The notes beneath the pieces were generated by a model. It ran no database searches and was not told the DNA's origin. It saw only the letters and a list, made by a program, of their open reading frames with translations. From assembly GCA_963827235.1 (NCBI GenBank), contig CAWHAE010000010.1, forward strand, positions 832,001 through 896,000: a stretch of 64,000 bases of DNA, written 5' to 3'. Shown here in pieces: positions 49,692-59,590 of the stretch. Every line of letters begins with the position of its first letter. Positions within the stretch are counted from its first letter, which is position 1. The DNA comes from an uncultured bacterium (GTDB taxonomy: Bacteria > Chloroflexota > UBA5177 > JANWHV01). The position numbers and the translations under genes were made by a program.

Positions 49692-52616
49692 GTGAGCCGC
49701 CCGTCAGCATTCCCCACCGTGAGGGTGGCTCAAGGCCTTGGCATCGTGGCCGCCGTGGTGCTGGCATACCTGGCCCAGCATCCGAGCGATGTGGGACACG
49801 TGCCCGGCTGGGTCCAACTCCTCCCTGACGGTGCGCAGGAGTACTATCGCAGCGGCGGCGACTCGCTCCGTGTGCCCGCGTGGGTAGTCTGCTTCATGGT
49901 GGTCTCCATACTTTTGGCCGCGGTCACGCTGCCTAGCCCGGTGCGCCCGCTACGCGCTCGCGAGCCCGGTATCACCCGGAAGACGCGGCCCAGCATTATC
50001 GGTGGGCTCCTGTTGGTTGTTCCATCATGTGTAGCATTCGGTGTCTGGAGTTTTGAGCAATACGCCCGGAATGGCGACCGATTCGTCAACACGTCGTCCT
50101 CGTGGGCCGCGGTTGTGTGGCTTACCGGCACCGCGGCAGCACTGGTGTACCTGCGGAGCCGCGCCGGGCCTGGGGCAGAACAGTCCAGGCGGACCCCGCC
50201 TTTGCTGCTTTGGGTGCTCGAATCAACGGCGGTAGTGTGTCTCATCGACATAGCGGCAGGACTCCGCGTGTGGCAGCTCGGCTCTGTGCCTGAGGGCGTA
50301 TGGTTCGACGAGGCCGACTTTGCAGGCGCCGCTCAGCACCTCATGTCTATGCCGTTCCAACCGATGGGCCCGGGTATCATCGGTGAACCACCAAGCCTCT
50401 ACTTCTACGTACAAGGCGTGCTCATAGACTGGGCCGGGGCATCCATGGGAGGCGTGCGCCTGGCGTCGGCGCTGTTCGGTGTATTGGGCGTGATAGGAGT
50501 CTACGCACTCGGGCGACAGCTAGGAGGCATCCCATTCGGTGTGTGCGCGGCACTGCTGCTCGCCTTCAGCAAGTGGTCGATTGATTTCTCGCGCATGGGG
50601 TTCGCACAGATTGCCGCACCCGGGATGACGTCTGTTGCCATGGCGGTGCTATGCATGGCCATGCTGCGGCCGGCAGCGTTCTGGTGGGCCTTATCGGGAG
50701 TGCTGCTGGGTCTGGCCGTGCTTACCTACCCGGGCGCGTTCCTCGCCGCCGGGGTTGCGCCGTTAGCGGTAGTCACGCTACGGTTCGCAGTCGACAGGCG
50801 TTTCCGGGCCGACGCATGGCCCGACGTTATGCTTATCCCTATTGGACTGGTAGTGGGATGCCTGCCATTTCTGGTGGCCCTCCATCTCGATTTCAACTAC
50901 GTCATGTCGAGAGAGCAGACCGTCTCGCTATTTCACGAGTATTCACGTCTCTCAGACCAGATCTCCCACCTGATGTCCAATATCCGCCTGCACTTGCTCA
51001 TGTTCAGCGTGCAGGGCGATGCAAACGGACGGCACAACCTGCCGGGAACGCCGACGCTGGACACGACGACGGGTGTACTGTTCTTGTTAGGTCTTGGGAT
51101 CTGCGCGAGGCGACTGGGACAGTGGTTCTACCAGCTCATGCTGCTCTGGCTTGGCGCAAGCATGCTGGGCGGCATCCTCTCCATTGACTTCGAGGCGCCT
51201 CAGACCGCCCGCAGCATCGGGGCGGTTGCTCCCGTGGCGCTCATCGCTGCCATGCCTCTGGCGGTTCTCGCAAACAGCATCCGCAAACTGATCACGTCAT
51301 GGCAACTGTCGACATCGGACCTCAAGACCGTCGGCCGACTGGTCCCGGCGACACTGCCTAGTGTTGTCGCGTCGGTTGCCCTCCTCATTCCCATGTATGT
51401 CATAGCACGGGATAACTACAGTGCGTATTTTGTGCGACAACAGGCCGACGTGGCGGCATGGCAGGATATGGGTGGACTCCAGGCCATAATTGGGCGCACG
51501 GCCCTGGCCCTTCAGTCCGAGGGATACACTGTCAGGATCCCGCCTGAGCTTGTAGGTGGCTCGCAAGACGACATCGCGCTGTCGCTTGCCGCACACGGTG
51601 CGAACTTTCCCGCATATGATCAGGCTGTGCCCGTCCCGCTGCCGGTACCTGAACCCGGGCTTGCGCTCATCATTCCCAGCGACGCGAGCGATGTACTCGA
51701 TTATGTCGAGCGCTCGTATCCGACGGCCCGCACGATCCCGCTTACGCCTCGAAAAGACCCCCAGAGCGTACAGGCTACGGTCGTGATTATCACTCCCCAG
51801 GACGCGGCCGGCAATGTCGGTATTACCGTGGCTTTTGGCTCTGGAGCCGGGCGAACGGTCCAGCAGCACCTCACCCAACCGGTCTCCTGGCCGGCGTCCG
51901 CAGGACCAGACACTGCCGTCGACTTCAGAGGCACGCTGGCTCTGTCGGCGCAGCAGACCGTGTTTCCGGTCGCCTTTCGCGTTTCCGGCATGACGAGCGG
52001 TACAATGCGCATCGACGGCAGCACATGGCCCGTTTCGGGCGGGCGGTCGACTCCGCTGCTGTTGCTCGGCGCTGGGAACCACTCGCTCGAGGTCAGCGGG
52101 CGCGGGAAAGAAGCAGCCCAGCTGGCGGTCGAGTGGCAGCGCGGCATGGCGGAATGGCAGGCAATACCCGATCAGAATCTTCAATCCCCCGATCTGCCGA
52201 CAGGGGGCCTGCTGGGAGTCTACTTCGCCAGCGACGACCTGACCGGGCAAGCCTCGTTCATGCGGGTAGATCAGTATGTCAACACCTACTATCAGACGCC
52301 TCCTTCGGACCTGAGCTTCCCGTTTTCGGTGCGCTGGCTCGGCACTGTGGAGGCGAAGTCGAGCGGCGCCTACGGATTCTCGCTCGATAGCACCGGGCCG
52401 GCAATCCTTCTCGTGGACGGTTCGCCCGTCGTGGACGACGGCTCCGCAGGCGGTACGGGGACCGGCACCGTATCGCTCGCAGCGGGCGTACACGCAATAC
52501 GGATCGAATACCGCGCCACCGGCGGATATCTTCACTGCTATTTCAAGTGGCGGCCGCCAGGCCAATCGGGGTTCGAGCCCGTTCCGCCGTCAGTTACTCT
52601 GCCGGCCCACCAGTAG
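49692..52616 (+). CDS. GT-C fold glycosyltransferase (PMT/ArnT-like) with C-terminal PA14 domain(s)
   Basis: LRVWQL..VP.G.WFDE, FSR, many TM segments; C-terminal GLLGVYF...FSVRW.G...G.Y.F...G.H.IRIEY. Confidence 0.88.
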   Translation: MSRPSAFPTVRVAQGLGIVAAVVLAYLAQHPSDVGHVPGWVQLLPDGAQEYYRSGGDSLRVPAWVVCFMVVSILLAAVTLPSPVRPLRAREPGITRKTRPSIIGGLLLVVPSCVAFGVWSFEQYARNGDRFVNTSSSWAAVVWLTGTAAALVYLRSRAGPGAEQSRRTPPLLLWVLESTAVVCLIDIAAGLRVWQLGSVPEGVWFDEADFAGAAQHLMSMPFQPMGPGIIGEPPSLYFYVQGVLIDWAGASMGGVRLASALFGVLGVIGVYALGRQLGGIPFGVCAALLLAFSKWSIDFSRMGFAQIAAPGMTSVAMAVLCMAMLRPAAFWWALSGVLLGLAVLTYPGAFLAAGVAPLAVVTLRFAVDRRFRADAWPDVMLIPIGLVVGCLPFLVALHLDFNYVMSREQTVSLFHEYSRLSDQISHLMSNIRLHLLMFSVQGDANGRHNLPGTPTLDTTTGVLFLLGLGICARRLGQWFYQLMLLWLGASMLGGILSIDFEAPQTARSIGAVAPVALIAAMPLAVLANSIRKLITSWQLSTSDLKTVGRLVPATLPSVVASVALLIPMYVIARDNYSAYFVRQQADVAAWQDMGGLQAIIGRTALALQSEGYTVRIPPELVGGSQDDIALSLAAHGANFPAYDQAVPVPLPVPEPGLALIIPSDASDVLDYVERSYPTARTIPLTPRKDPQSVQATVVIITPQDAAGNVGITVAFGSGAGRTVQQHLTQPVSWPASAGPDTAVDFRGTLALSAQQTVFPVAFRVSGMTSGTMRIDGSTWPVSGGRSTPLLLLGAGNHSLEVSGRGKEAAQLAVEWQRGMAEWQAIPDQNLQSPDLPTGGLLGVYFASDDLTGQASFMRVDQYVNTYYQTPPSDLSFPFSVRWLGTVEAKSSGAYGFSLDSTGPAILLVDGSPVVDDGSAGGTGTGTVSLAAGVHAIRIEYRATGGYLHCYFKWRPPGQSGFEPVPPSVTLPAHQ

Positions 52617-53490
52617 CCGACTGCAGGCCGGCCACGTATACGACGTTCGCCAGCAACACAGCGGTAGTGACGGGACCCACGCCGCCGGGGACGGGCGTAA
52701 TGGCAGAGACACGATCGAGCACCGCTTCTGTATCCACATCGCCGCAGATTCCATTGCCGGACGGGTCCGCGTTGATGCCGACGTCGACGACCAGAGCGCC
52801 CTCGCCGATGTAGTCTGGTCCAACGGCGCGGGGCCTCCCGATTGCCACCACGAGGATCTCTGCTCGCCTGGCCTCGAGCGGCAAATCGACGGTAGCGGAC
52901 GAGCATACGGTCACCGTCGCATGCCGATTCAGCAGAAGCTGTGAGAGCGGACGCCCAACCGTGGCACTTCTGTTGATCACGACGGCACGTTTGCCCTTCA
53001 GCGAGGTGATCCGGCTCTCGATCAACGCCATGATGGCGCCCGGCGTGCACGGCGTCACGGCAGGCTGAGCAAATAGCAGCTTGCCAAGGTTCTCGGGGCT
53101 CAATCCTTCCACGTCCTTGTCGAGAGCGAGTGCTCCGCCGATTGCCTGCCGGAACGCGGCCGACAACGGATTCTGCACCAGGATTGCATGCACCGACGGG
53201 TCGATGTTGAGCTGTGCCAGCCTGGCAAGAAGATCCTCTCGTGATGCGTCTGCCCGGAGGCCGACATCAGACACCGAAACGCCGACGCGCTTTGCTTGCC
53301 TTGAGATGATCCGCCTGTAGCTTGCCGCGTCGTCGTGCTCGCCGACGTGGACTACCGCCAGGCATGGCACAACGCCTGCTCGGTCCAGGGGCGCTCGATC
53401 AGCGATCGTGCGGCGCTCGATGTCCGCCGCGACGTCCTTGCCGTATATGAGCTTGCTCTCTGCGTGTTCCTGCTGCTGCACGTCGTTCAT
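52594..53490 (-). CDS. folD: Methylenetetrahydrofolate dehydrogenase/cyclohydrolase family (atypical)
   Basis: KDVEG, PCTP, DVGIN, GDVD, TPVPGGVGPVT. Confidence 0.92.
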   Translation of the reverse strand: MNDVQQQEHAESKLIYGKDVAADIERRTIADRAPLDRAGVVPCLAVVHVGEHDDAASYRRIISRQAKRVGVSVSDVGLRADASREDLLARLAQLNIDPSVHAILVQNPLSAAFRQAIGGALALDKDVEGLSPENLGKLLFAQPAVTPCTPGAIMALIESRITSLKGKRAVVINRSATVGRPLSQLLLNRHATVTVCSSATVDLPLEARRAEILVVAIGRPRAVGPDYIGEGALVVDVGINADPSGNGICGDVDTEAVLDRVSAITPVPGGVGPVTTAVLLANVVYVAGLQSATGGPAE

Positions 53491-53756
53491 CGACCTTCGC
53501 TGTGTCATACGGGCATGCCGCAAGCACGGCAGCCGACTCGATCCAGGGGGAAGCATACACGAAATCGCGAGCCACCCTCGACAGCCGGCTGCGCGATTGC
53601 CGGCCGGTGCTGTCGGGACACAGCCGGCGCCCTCCGAGTCGTCGGAAGCGGCGCACTTATGATAGGCCAGATGGTGGCGCGCGACGCGGACGCCTTTGCA
53701 CATCGGTTCGAATCACGCTACTGTCGTATGGGACTTAGTGCGAATCCGGGGGAAGG

Positions 53757-54158
53757 ATGAACGACGCAGCCGCCGTCTTGGTCGTGGAGGATGACGCCTC
53801 GGTGCGCGAGGTGCTTGACATGGTTTTCGCTCAGGAACCCGGTATCTACTACACCATTGCCGCCGGTGGCGCCAACGGCGTGGCCAAGCTCGAGGACGGG
53901 CCGCCAGACGTCCTGTTGACGGACATCATCATGCCCAGGGTGAGCGGTGTAGAGCTCATACAGTTTGCACGCCAGCACTACCCGGGCATCCCGGTGATCG
54001 CCTTCAGTGCTAAACAGGTGGGCGAGACGAACGACCTGCATCAGATCGTGGGCGGAGAGCTCGTATGCTTCGTTCCAAAGCCTCTCGACCTCACGGCGTT
54101 GCTGGACCTCGTGCGCACGCTTGCAGCCGACCGCACGTGGCGGAAGCAGGCGACGTGA
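53757..54158 (+). CDS. Single-domain response regulator (receiver)
   Basis: LVVEDD, DVLLTDIIMP..SG, FSA, KP. Confidence 0.9.
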   Translation: MNDAAAVLVVEDDASVREVLDMVFAQEPGIYYTIAAGGANGVAKLEDGPPDVLLTDIIMPRVSGVELIQFARQHYPGIPVIAFSAKQVGETNDLHQIVGGELVCFVPKPLDLTALLDLVRTLAADRTWRKQAT

Positions 54159-54162
54159 CATC

Positions 54163-54633
54163 ATGCGATCTCACCACGTCGTGCTGCTCGCGCTGGCCGC
54201 GCCGATTCTTGGTGTGGGCATCGTGCTGTGGTTCTTGCTGCCGGGTAGTGTGTCGGGACTGACGTACACGCCGGCGCAGTTCGATAAGGACGCCATCCTG
54301 CGGCCGGCGTACTGGACTCAGCATGACGTGACGATCAGCGGCTTCGTGCGCAAGGCACCCTGCACACGCAAGTCCTGCACCGTGGAGCTGATCCTGGGCA
54401 ACACGCCCGCGCGTTCCGGCAATGGCGCGGACGTGCCGGACCCGGGGAAAGACGTGCTGCTCGAGCCGCAGGGCGAGTCAGGATGGCATCACTTCTTGCG
54501 AAAGCTGGTGCCCGGACTGGTGTCCTCCCCAGTGGGACCTGGAGACTTCGGGCACCACGTCACGGTCACCGGTCGGCTGGCCTCAGGCTACTTACCTGGG
54601 CGCGTGCCCATTATCCTGCCGAACGCGCTCTAG
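54163..54633 (+). CDS. Hypothetical membrane-anchored exported protein
   Basis: N-terminal TM segment and a beta-rich domain with a Cys pair; follows the receiver gene by 4 nt. Confidence 0.7.
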   Translation: MRSHHVVLLALAAPILGVGIVLWFLLPGSVSGLTYTPAQFDKDAILRPAYWTQHDVTISGFVRKAPCTRKSCTVELILGNTPARSGNGADVPDPGKDVLLEPQGESGWHHFLRKLVPGLVSSPVGPGDFGHHVTVTGRLASGYLPGRVPIILPNAL

Positions 54634-54715
54634 TACTCTAGTAGCCTCTCTCCGCCAGCGGCAGCGCACTCACGACCGTATTTGTGCCACCACAGTGTTG
54701 GCAGACTACCGGGAT

Positions 54716-54848
54716 ACAAACAACAAGGACGGCAATCATCTGCGCGACTGCCGTCCTGTATGGAAGGACCACGGCGATGGTAGGTTGGAGAGCGGTGATA
54801 CAAATCATGTCGGGACTGGTACCGTGCAAAGGGCATTCCGTGGTCCTT
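54716..54848 (-). ncRNA. Candidate small RNA (~130 nt)
   Basis: Extended -10 TGcTACCAT (54855-54863), 11-bp closing stem, and a GC-rich terminator hairpin followed by TGTTGTTTGT. Confidence 0.5.
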
Positions 54849-55123
54849 GAATCCATGGTAGCATCCGAACGTGACTACCAGATGAAGTGCGCGACCGCCT
54901 CAGTAAAGCGGCGGTCGACGCTCCGGCTGGTCCAGCACAGACGTACGTCACGCTCTTCCGCCGAGACCGTGTGCGGTTGAGTCTTCTCTCTCCGGTGGTT
55001 GGTGAGCGATCGGATATCACACTTCGCTCCGGCGTGTTGGTATGCTCTACTTTATGGGCGCGGCCACACGCACGTGGAACCGGCTCTGCTGCCGTCCAGC
55101 CTATTCAGGATGGAGTATGGCGC

Positions 55124-56473
55124 TTGCCAGCCCCTGAGCTCATCACATTGCGACTCAGTGCCGACGCGATGAAGCTGGAGGTCTCGTTCACGAGACAGGC
55201 TCTGCATGTGGCGCGAACTGAGCTCGTTCACGCTCTCATCGCTCAGTGCCAGCTACTGAAGCTGGAATTCAGCCCTACGCGCCAGTATCTCGATCTTCTG
55301 CTGGCAAAGTTCACTCCATTCACCTGGATCACGCTGCTCAAGGGCACCGAACCGACCGCTCCGGTCGACGGAAGAGTCGAAGTGGTGGTGCCAGTGCAGG
55401 TTGCGGGTGCGCGCGCAAGCACTCATCCCAGGAAGTGTGTCGTTCGCGCCGGCGCCATTCTGGCGCGGCGCCAGCCGGGGATCTCCGGCAGGCCCGGGAC
55501 TGATTTGCTGGGACGGGAGGTGCCGGCTCGAGCGCCACTGGAGCCGAAGCTGCCTCAAAGCATCAATACGGAGATAAGCGAAGACGGTATGGAGCTGCTC
55601 TCCGTGTGCGACGGCGAGGCGGTGCTGCGCAACCTCGCGATCGAGGTGATCCCGTTGCTGCTGCACGAGGGCGACGTGCCGGCGGGCACAACGTTCATCT
55701 CAGAAGTGCTTCCGGTCTACATCAGGGGAACAGTCCTCGAAGGCGCATTCGTGCAGGCCGAGGGCGACGTATTCATCGACGGCGACGTCGTGGAGGCTCA
55801 AGTGCTCAGTACGGCGTCGACCGTCACAGTCGCAGGATCGATTGGCGGCACAAGACAGCGCACGAGTACGATCCGCGCAGCACGCGACGTTACCTTCGAG
55901 CAGGCCCGGCTTGCGCACGTGCATGCCGGCACCGACATTCACGTGTTGGGCTGCGCCTGGCAGTGCAGCCTCCAGGGCCATGGCAACATCTACTTGCGTG
56001 ACACCGTCGAAGAGGCTCTTCAGGACGTACTCATCGAGATCGCCGGAGGAGTGTTCCCGGTATTCGATCGCGCCGCCTCGCAGGTCGAGGGGGCACGGGA
56101 GCGCCAGTACGTGAGGCTCGGCTGCCACATCCCAGCCGAAATCGCAGTGCATACCGGTCCTCCGCTGAGCTTTCGCCGGTGCACGGTCGTAGATCTCAGC
56201 GCCGGCGGCGCGAAGTGCGTGTATGCAGACCCGCGGAGACAGCCTTCAGCCGGCTCGTTCGTCCAGCTGAAGGCAGTCCTGCCCGGCACGCGCGGCCAGT
56301 TCATCGTGCTGGCACGCGTCGTGCGCCTAGTCGCTCCCGGTGTCCTGGGACTGAGCTTTCTCCAGATGACACACCGCGACCACGGCCGCTTGACCACATA
56401 CTGCCAGCAAGAAGTGCTCAAGCGGTCCACTGTTGTGCTCACGTCGCCGGAGCAGCGCGGGCGGGTACTGTAG
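55124..56473 (+). CDS. FapA (DUF342)-PilZ fusion protein, copy 1
   Basis: DUF342-like G.PG.DL.G, NTEISEDG, DG, beta-helix repeats; C-terminal RQYVR and DLSAGG; GGAG RBS before TTG 55124. Confidence 0.8.
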   Translation: MPAPELITLRLSADAMKLEVSFTRQALHVARTELVHALIAQCQLLKLEFSPTRQYLDLLLAKFTPFTWITLLKGTEPTAPVDGRVEVVVPVQVAGARASTHPRKCVVRAGAILARRQPGISGRPGTDLLGREVPARAPLEPKLPQSINTEISEDGMELLSVCDGEAVLRNLAIEVIPLLLHEGDVPAGTTFISEVLPVYIRGTVLEGAFVQAEGDVFIDGDVVEAQVLSTASTVTVAGSIGGTRQRTSTIRAARDVTFEQARLAHVHAGTDIHVLGCAWQCSLQGHGNIYLRDTVEEALQDVLIEIAGGVFPVFDRAASQVEGARERQYVRLGCHIPAEIAVHTGPPLSFRRCTVVDLSAGGAKCVYADPRRQPSAGSFVQLKAVLPGTRGQFIVLARVVRLVAPGVLGLSFLQMTHRDHGRLTTYCQQEVLKRSTVVLTSPEQRGRVL

Positions 56474-56509
56474 GCTTGTACTAGATCCTCGCCCGGTATC
56501 CGGCGACGC

Positions 56510-56536
56510 TAAAGATCGGGCCTCACCTGCCGATTA
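56510..56536 (+). promoter_or_regulatory. sigma28 (FliA/SigD) promoter
   Basis: TAAA-N15-GCCGATTA versus consensus TAAA-N15-GCCGATAA. Confidence 0.75.
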
Positions 56537-56644
56537 CTACAACAGAACGATTCGTGCCCGTCGCGCCATGCGGTCCGTTGCAGTGCTCAGGCGCGGCGGG
56601 CCGGGCTTCACCGGCCAACGGATCACCGCCTGCAGGGAGCCCCG

Positions 56645-58072
56645 ATGAACAGGCTATACGGACTGGACCTTCTGGCTTCTCATGATTGCGTGGCGGCGCG
56701 CTTGAGCGCGGACGCCATGCGCCTTGAGGTGCGCTTCACGTCCGAGGCAGCGTCGATGGCGCCGGACGTGCTCTACGGTCTCGTCTTGCAGCGGATGGCC
56801 GCCCTCGCGGTGCGGTCCAGGCTCAGCCGAAGCGCCGTGACTGGCCTCCTAGACAAGGGTGGTACGGATAAGTGGCTGACACTGCTCGAGGCCTCCGCGC
56901 CCAGCGCACCAGTCGACGGTAGGCTGGAGCTCCTGGTGCCCGTATCGACCCCATCGGCTCGCGGCACGCTTCCCGGCAATCGGCATGCAGTGATCGCCGG
57001 CACGGTGCTCGCCAGGACAGTCCGCGGCGTCCCCGCTTCTCCGGGCCTTGACCTGTGTGAGCGGACTGTGCCTCCGAGAGCTCCACACGAGGTCCGCCTC
57101 CCCCAGGGCCAAAACACTGAGATCGGTGCGGACCGCACCCAGCTTCTTGCCACCTGTGACGGCGAAGTGCGACTGCGGAACCTGCAGATCGAAGTCGTGC
57201 CGGGCCACGTCCACGGTGGCGACGTGCCGACCCGCGCGACGGTGACCGAGCGCAGCCTCCCTCTCTTCATCACCGGATCGGTGCTGCCCGGTGCCGAGGT
57301 GCACTGCGACGGCGACGTGTGGGTACAGGGCAGTGTCCTGGAAGCGCGAGTGATCAGCGCCGGTGGTTCGATTACCGTGATCGGCGACGTCGCGGGCTCA
57401 GCTGCCAGCCCGTGCCGGCTTCAAGCGAGCGGAAGCGTGACCTGCGGACCGGCGCAACACTCTATCATATCTGCGGAGACCGACATACGCGTGTTGGCTC
57501 GCGCGTGGCAGTGCACGATGCACGCCGGGGGTAACGTCTTCCTGTCTCGAACCATGGCCGAGAGCCTCGCCGACGTCGATCTGCACGTGGAAGGTGGCGT
57601 ACTGCCTATCCTCGAGCCGGAAACGCGACTGACCGCTGTGCGACCAGAGCGGAAGCACGCCCGTGTCGGCAGCCGCATTCGGGCTTCCATTGCCCTGCAC
57701 AGCATCACCGACCTGCAGTTCCGCCCCTGCACGGTGCTAGACCTCAGCACAGGCGGCGCCCGCTGTGCCGTGCACGGCAAGGAGCCCGATCCCAGCCCTG
57801 GCGCGGTCGTTCACATGAAACTACCCTTGCCTGATTACCGGGGCTGCACTTATCTTATCGCCAGAGTGTCGCGCAATATCGGTCAGGGAGTGGTCGGCGT
57901 CACGTTTCTGCAGATGACCGAGCGAGATCGCGATCGGCTCACGGACTACTGCCTTCAGCTCGTGTTGAAGCGGCCGCATCAGCTTTTGGCAAGCAAACGC
58001 CTTCGCGGCAAAGGGGTGCCCGGAAGCCCGAGCGCCTCCGTCGAGACTGCCGTTGGGAAGTTTCTCCCCTGA
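56645..58072 (+). CDS. FapA (DUF342)-PilZ fusion protein, copy 2
   Basis: Colinear paralog of copy 1; RKHAR and DLSTGG PilZ motifs; GGGAG RBS. Confidence 0.8.
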   Translation: MNRLYGLDLLASHDCVAARLSADAMRLEVRFTSEAASMAPDVLYGLVLQRMAALAVRSRLSRSAVTGLLDKGGTDKWLTLLEASAPSAPVDGRLELLVPVSTPSARGTLPGNRHAVIAGTVLARTVRGVPASPGLDLCERTVPPRAPHEVRLPQGQNTEIGADRTQLLATCDGEVRLRNLQIEVVPGHVHGGDVPTRATVTERSLPLFITGSVLPGAEVHCDGDVWVQGSVLEARVISAGGSITVIGDVAGSAASPCRLQASGSVTCGPAQHSIISAETDIRVLARAWQCTMHAGGNVFLSRTMAESLADVDLHVEGGVLPILEPETRLTAVRPERKHARVGSRIRASIALHSITDLQFRPCTVLDLSTGGARCAVHGKEPDPSPGAVVHMKLPLPDYRGCTYLIARVSRNIGQGVVGVTFLQMTERDRDRLTDYCLQLVLKRPHQLLASKRLRGKGVPGSPSASVETAVGKFLP

Positions 58073-58362
58073 CAGCAGTTGCGCTTCATTCACCGTTGTA
58101 AAACGTGCAAACTGGTGTAGTCCCAACGGAGCGCACGTAGCAACCGGACCAAGCACTCTCACCTTTTATCGCCAATCAGATGTGTGTATCATGGTGGAAG
58201 AGAGCATCTCGTACCATGGCAGCAGCTTTGCTTGCGTACCGCTCGCGGCTCCGACAACGTTTGACCCCACGGTGCCTGGCCGGGGAGCGATAGAGGTTCG
58301 GGCTAGCAATCTGGACGGTAATCTGGGTCGAAGACGATAACCAGTGAGATTGGATTGCGAGT

Positions 58363-59556
58363 ATGGACAATCGATACCTGACCTCGGGAAAGGTTGCGCG
58401 ACTAGTAGGCGTGTCTAAGGGTACGGTGTTGCGAGCAGTGCAGCGCGGCGATTTGGTCCCGGCGCTCAAGATGCCGGGCGGATCTCTCCGGTTTGTGCCA
58501 ACGGCCGTCGATGCGTATGCGCGGACGTTGGGCATTGAGCTACCTCCGGGGGCAGCGCGTACCTCCCACCAACCAAGTCCCAGGCGCGGGCGCTACGCGG
58601 CGAGACGAACGGCTGGCGGCGCCGAGCCGGTCTATACATGGCGTACGTTCAATGAGGCGCAACCGCACGCGGCATTCCAGGCGGGAGTAGAACGCCTGGC
58701 GAGCATGGACACGAGCACGGAGAGTGTCGACACGCTGGTAGGTAACGTCCTCGCCCTGCTGGCCGGTAGTCTTCGCGCCGGTGCAACCGGAATATCCCGC
58801 GAGATGGCTGGACAGTGGCACATCGATCACCTGCACGATCGCATGGGAATGGGCATGATTGAGGGCGCCGGGGATGAGTTCAGCCCCGCGTTCGGCACCG
58901 CCGTTGCGCCGGTAGGGCTCGATACCCTGATCGTAGAAGACGTCCGGCAGGACGCCCGATTCCCCAACCTGGCCAGCGCGCCGACCGGCATTATCGCCTT
59001 CGTGGCGGTGCAGCTCGTCGATCTGAATGGCCGGCTGGTGGGAACACTGTTTGCCGCGTATCCGCATGTGCGTACCGTAAGCAGCGACGAGATCAATCTG
59101 TTGCGCCTGTCAGGCACCATTCTCGTGCAGTTCTGGGAGCTGTCCGCCGCACGCGAGACTCGTGGCGATGCACTGCAGTCGCTGGCGAACGCCAAGGATC
59201 GTGCGCACAGCATCGCCGCGACGAGCGATCACGCGGTCTGGCAGGTAGCTGCCGGCGGGACGACCGTGACCGTCAATGAACGCATGGCCGACCTGCTCGG
59301 CTATACCGTTGAGGAGTTGACGGCAACGACGCTGCTCGACCACCTGGACGAAGACGAGCGAGCGCGAGCCACGCAAGAGCTCGAGGCCGTTCGCCACGGC
59401 TTGAACGTTCGATTTGATGCCTGCCTGAAGCGCAAGGACGGTGCCCCGCTCATGTCGAGCATCGCGGTCACACCGCTCTTCGTTTCGCAGGGGGAGTACG
59501 CCGGCTCGCTGATGCTCATTTCGCCCAGCTCGGCGCACGACATTCCCATGGAGTGA
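58363..59556 (+). CDS. Excisionase/MerR-like HTH + GAF + PAS protein
   Basis: YLTSGKVARLVGVSKGTVLR...PGG..RF; VEDVRQDARF GAF; VNERMADLLGYT..EL and KRKDG PAS. Confidence 0.85.
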   Translation: MDNRYLTSGKVARLVGVSKGTVLRAVQRGDLVPALKMPGGSLRFVPTAVDAYARTLGIELPPGAARTSHQPSPRRGRYAARRTAGGAEPVYTWRTFNEAQPHAAFQAGVERLASMDTSTESVDTLVGNVLALLAGSLRAGATGISREMAGQWHIDHLHDRMGMGMIEGAGDEFSPAFGTAVAPVGLDTLIVEDVRQDARFPNLASAPTGIIAFVAVQLVDLNGRLVGTLFAAYPHVRTVSSDEINLLRLSGTILVQFWELSAARETRGDALQSLANAKDRAHSIAATSDHAVWQVAAGGTTVTVNERMADLLGYTVEELTATTLLDHLDEDERARATQELEAVRHGLNVRFDACLKRKDGAPLMSSIAVTPLFVSQGEYAGSLMLISPSSAHDIPME

Positions 59557-59590
59557 TCGCGGTTCCAGCACGCCAAGAGCAGGAGCTCGT

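Noticed and set aside
53491-53750. ZTP or THF riboswitch upstream of folD
   Set aside because: Conserved motifs of these riboswitches were not found on the minus strand
54904-54930. sigma28 promoter for the first FapA-PilZ gene
   Set aside because: TAAA is present but the -10 position at N15 does not match GCCGATAA; a sigma70-like TGgTATGCT near 55040 fits better
58363-58540. Excisionase as evidence of a mobile element
   Set aside because: The HTH is fused to sensory domains and no integrase or att sites are nearby
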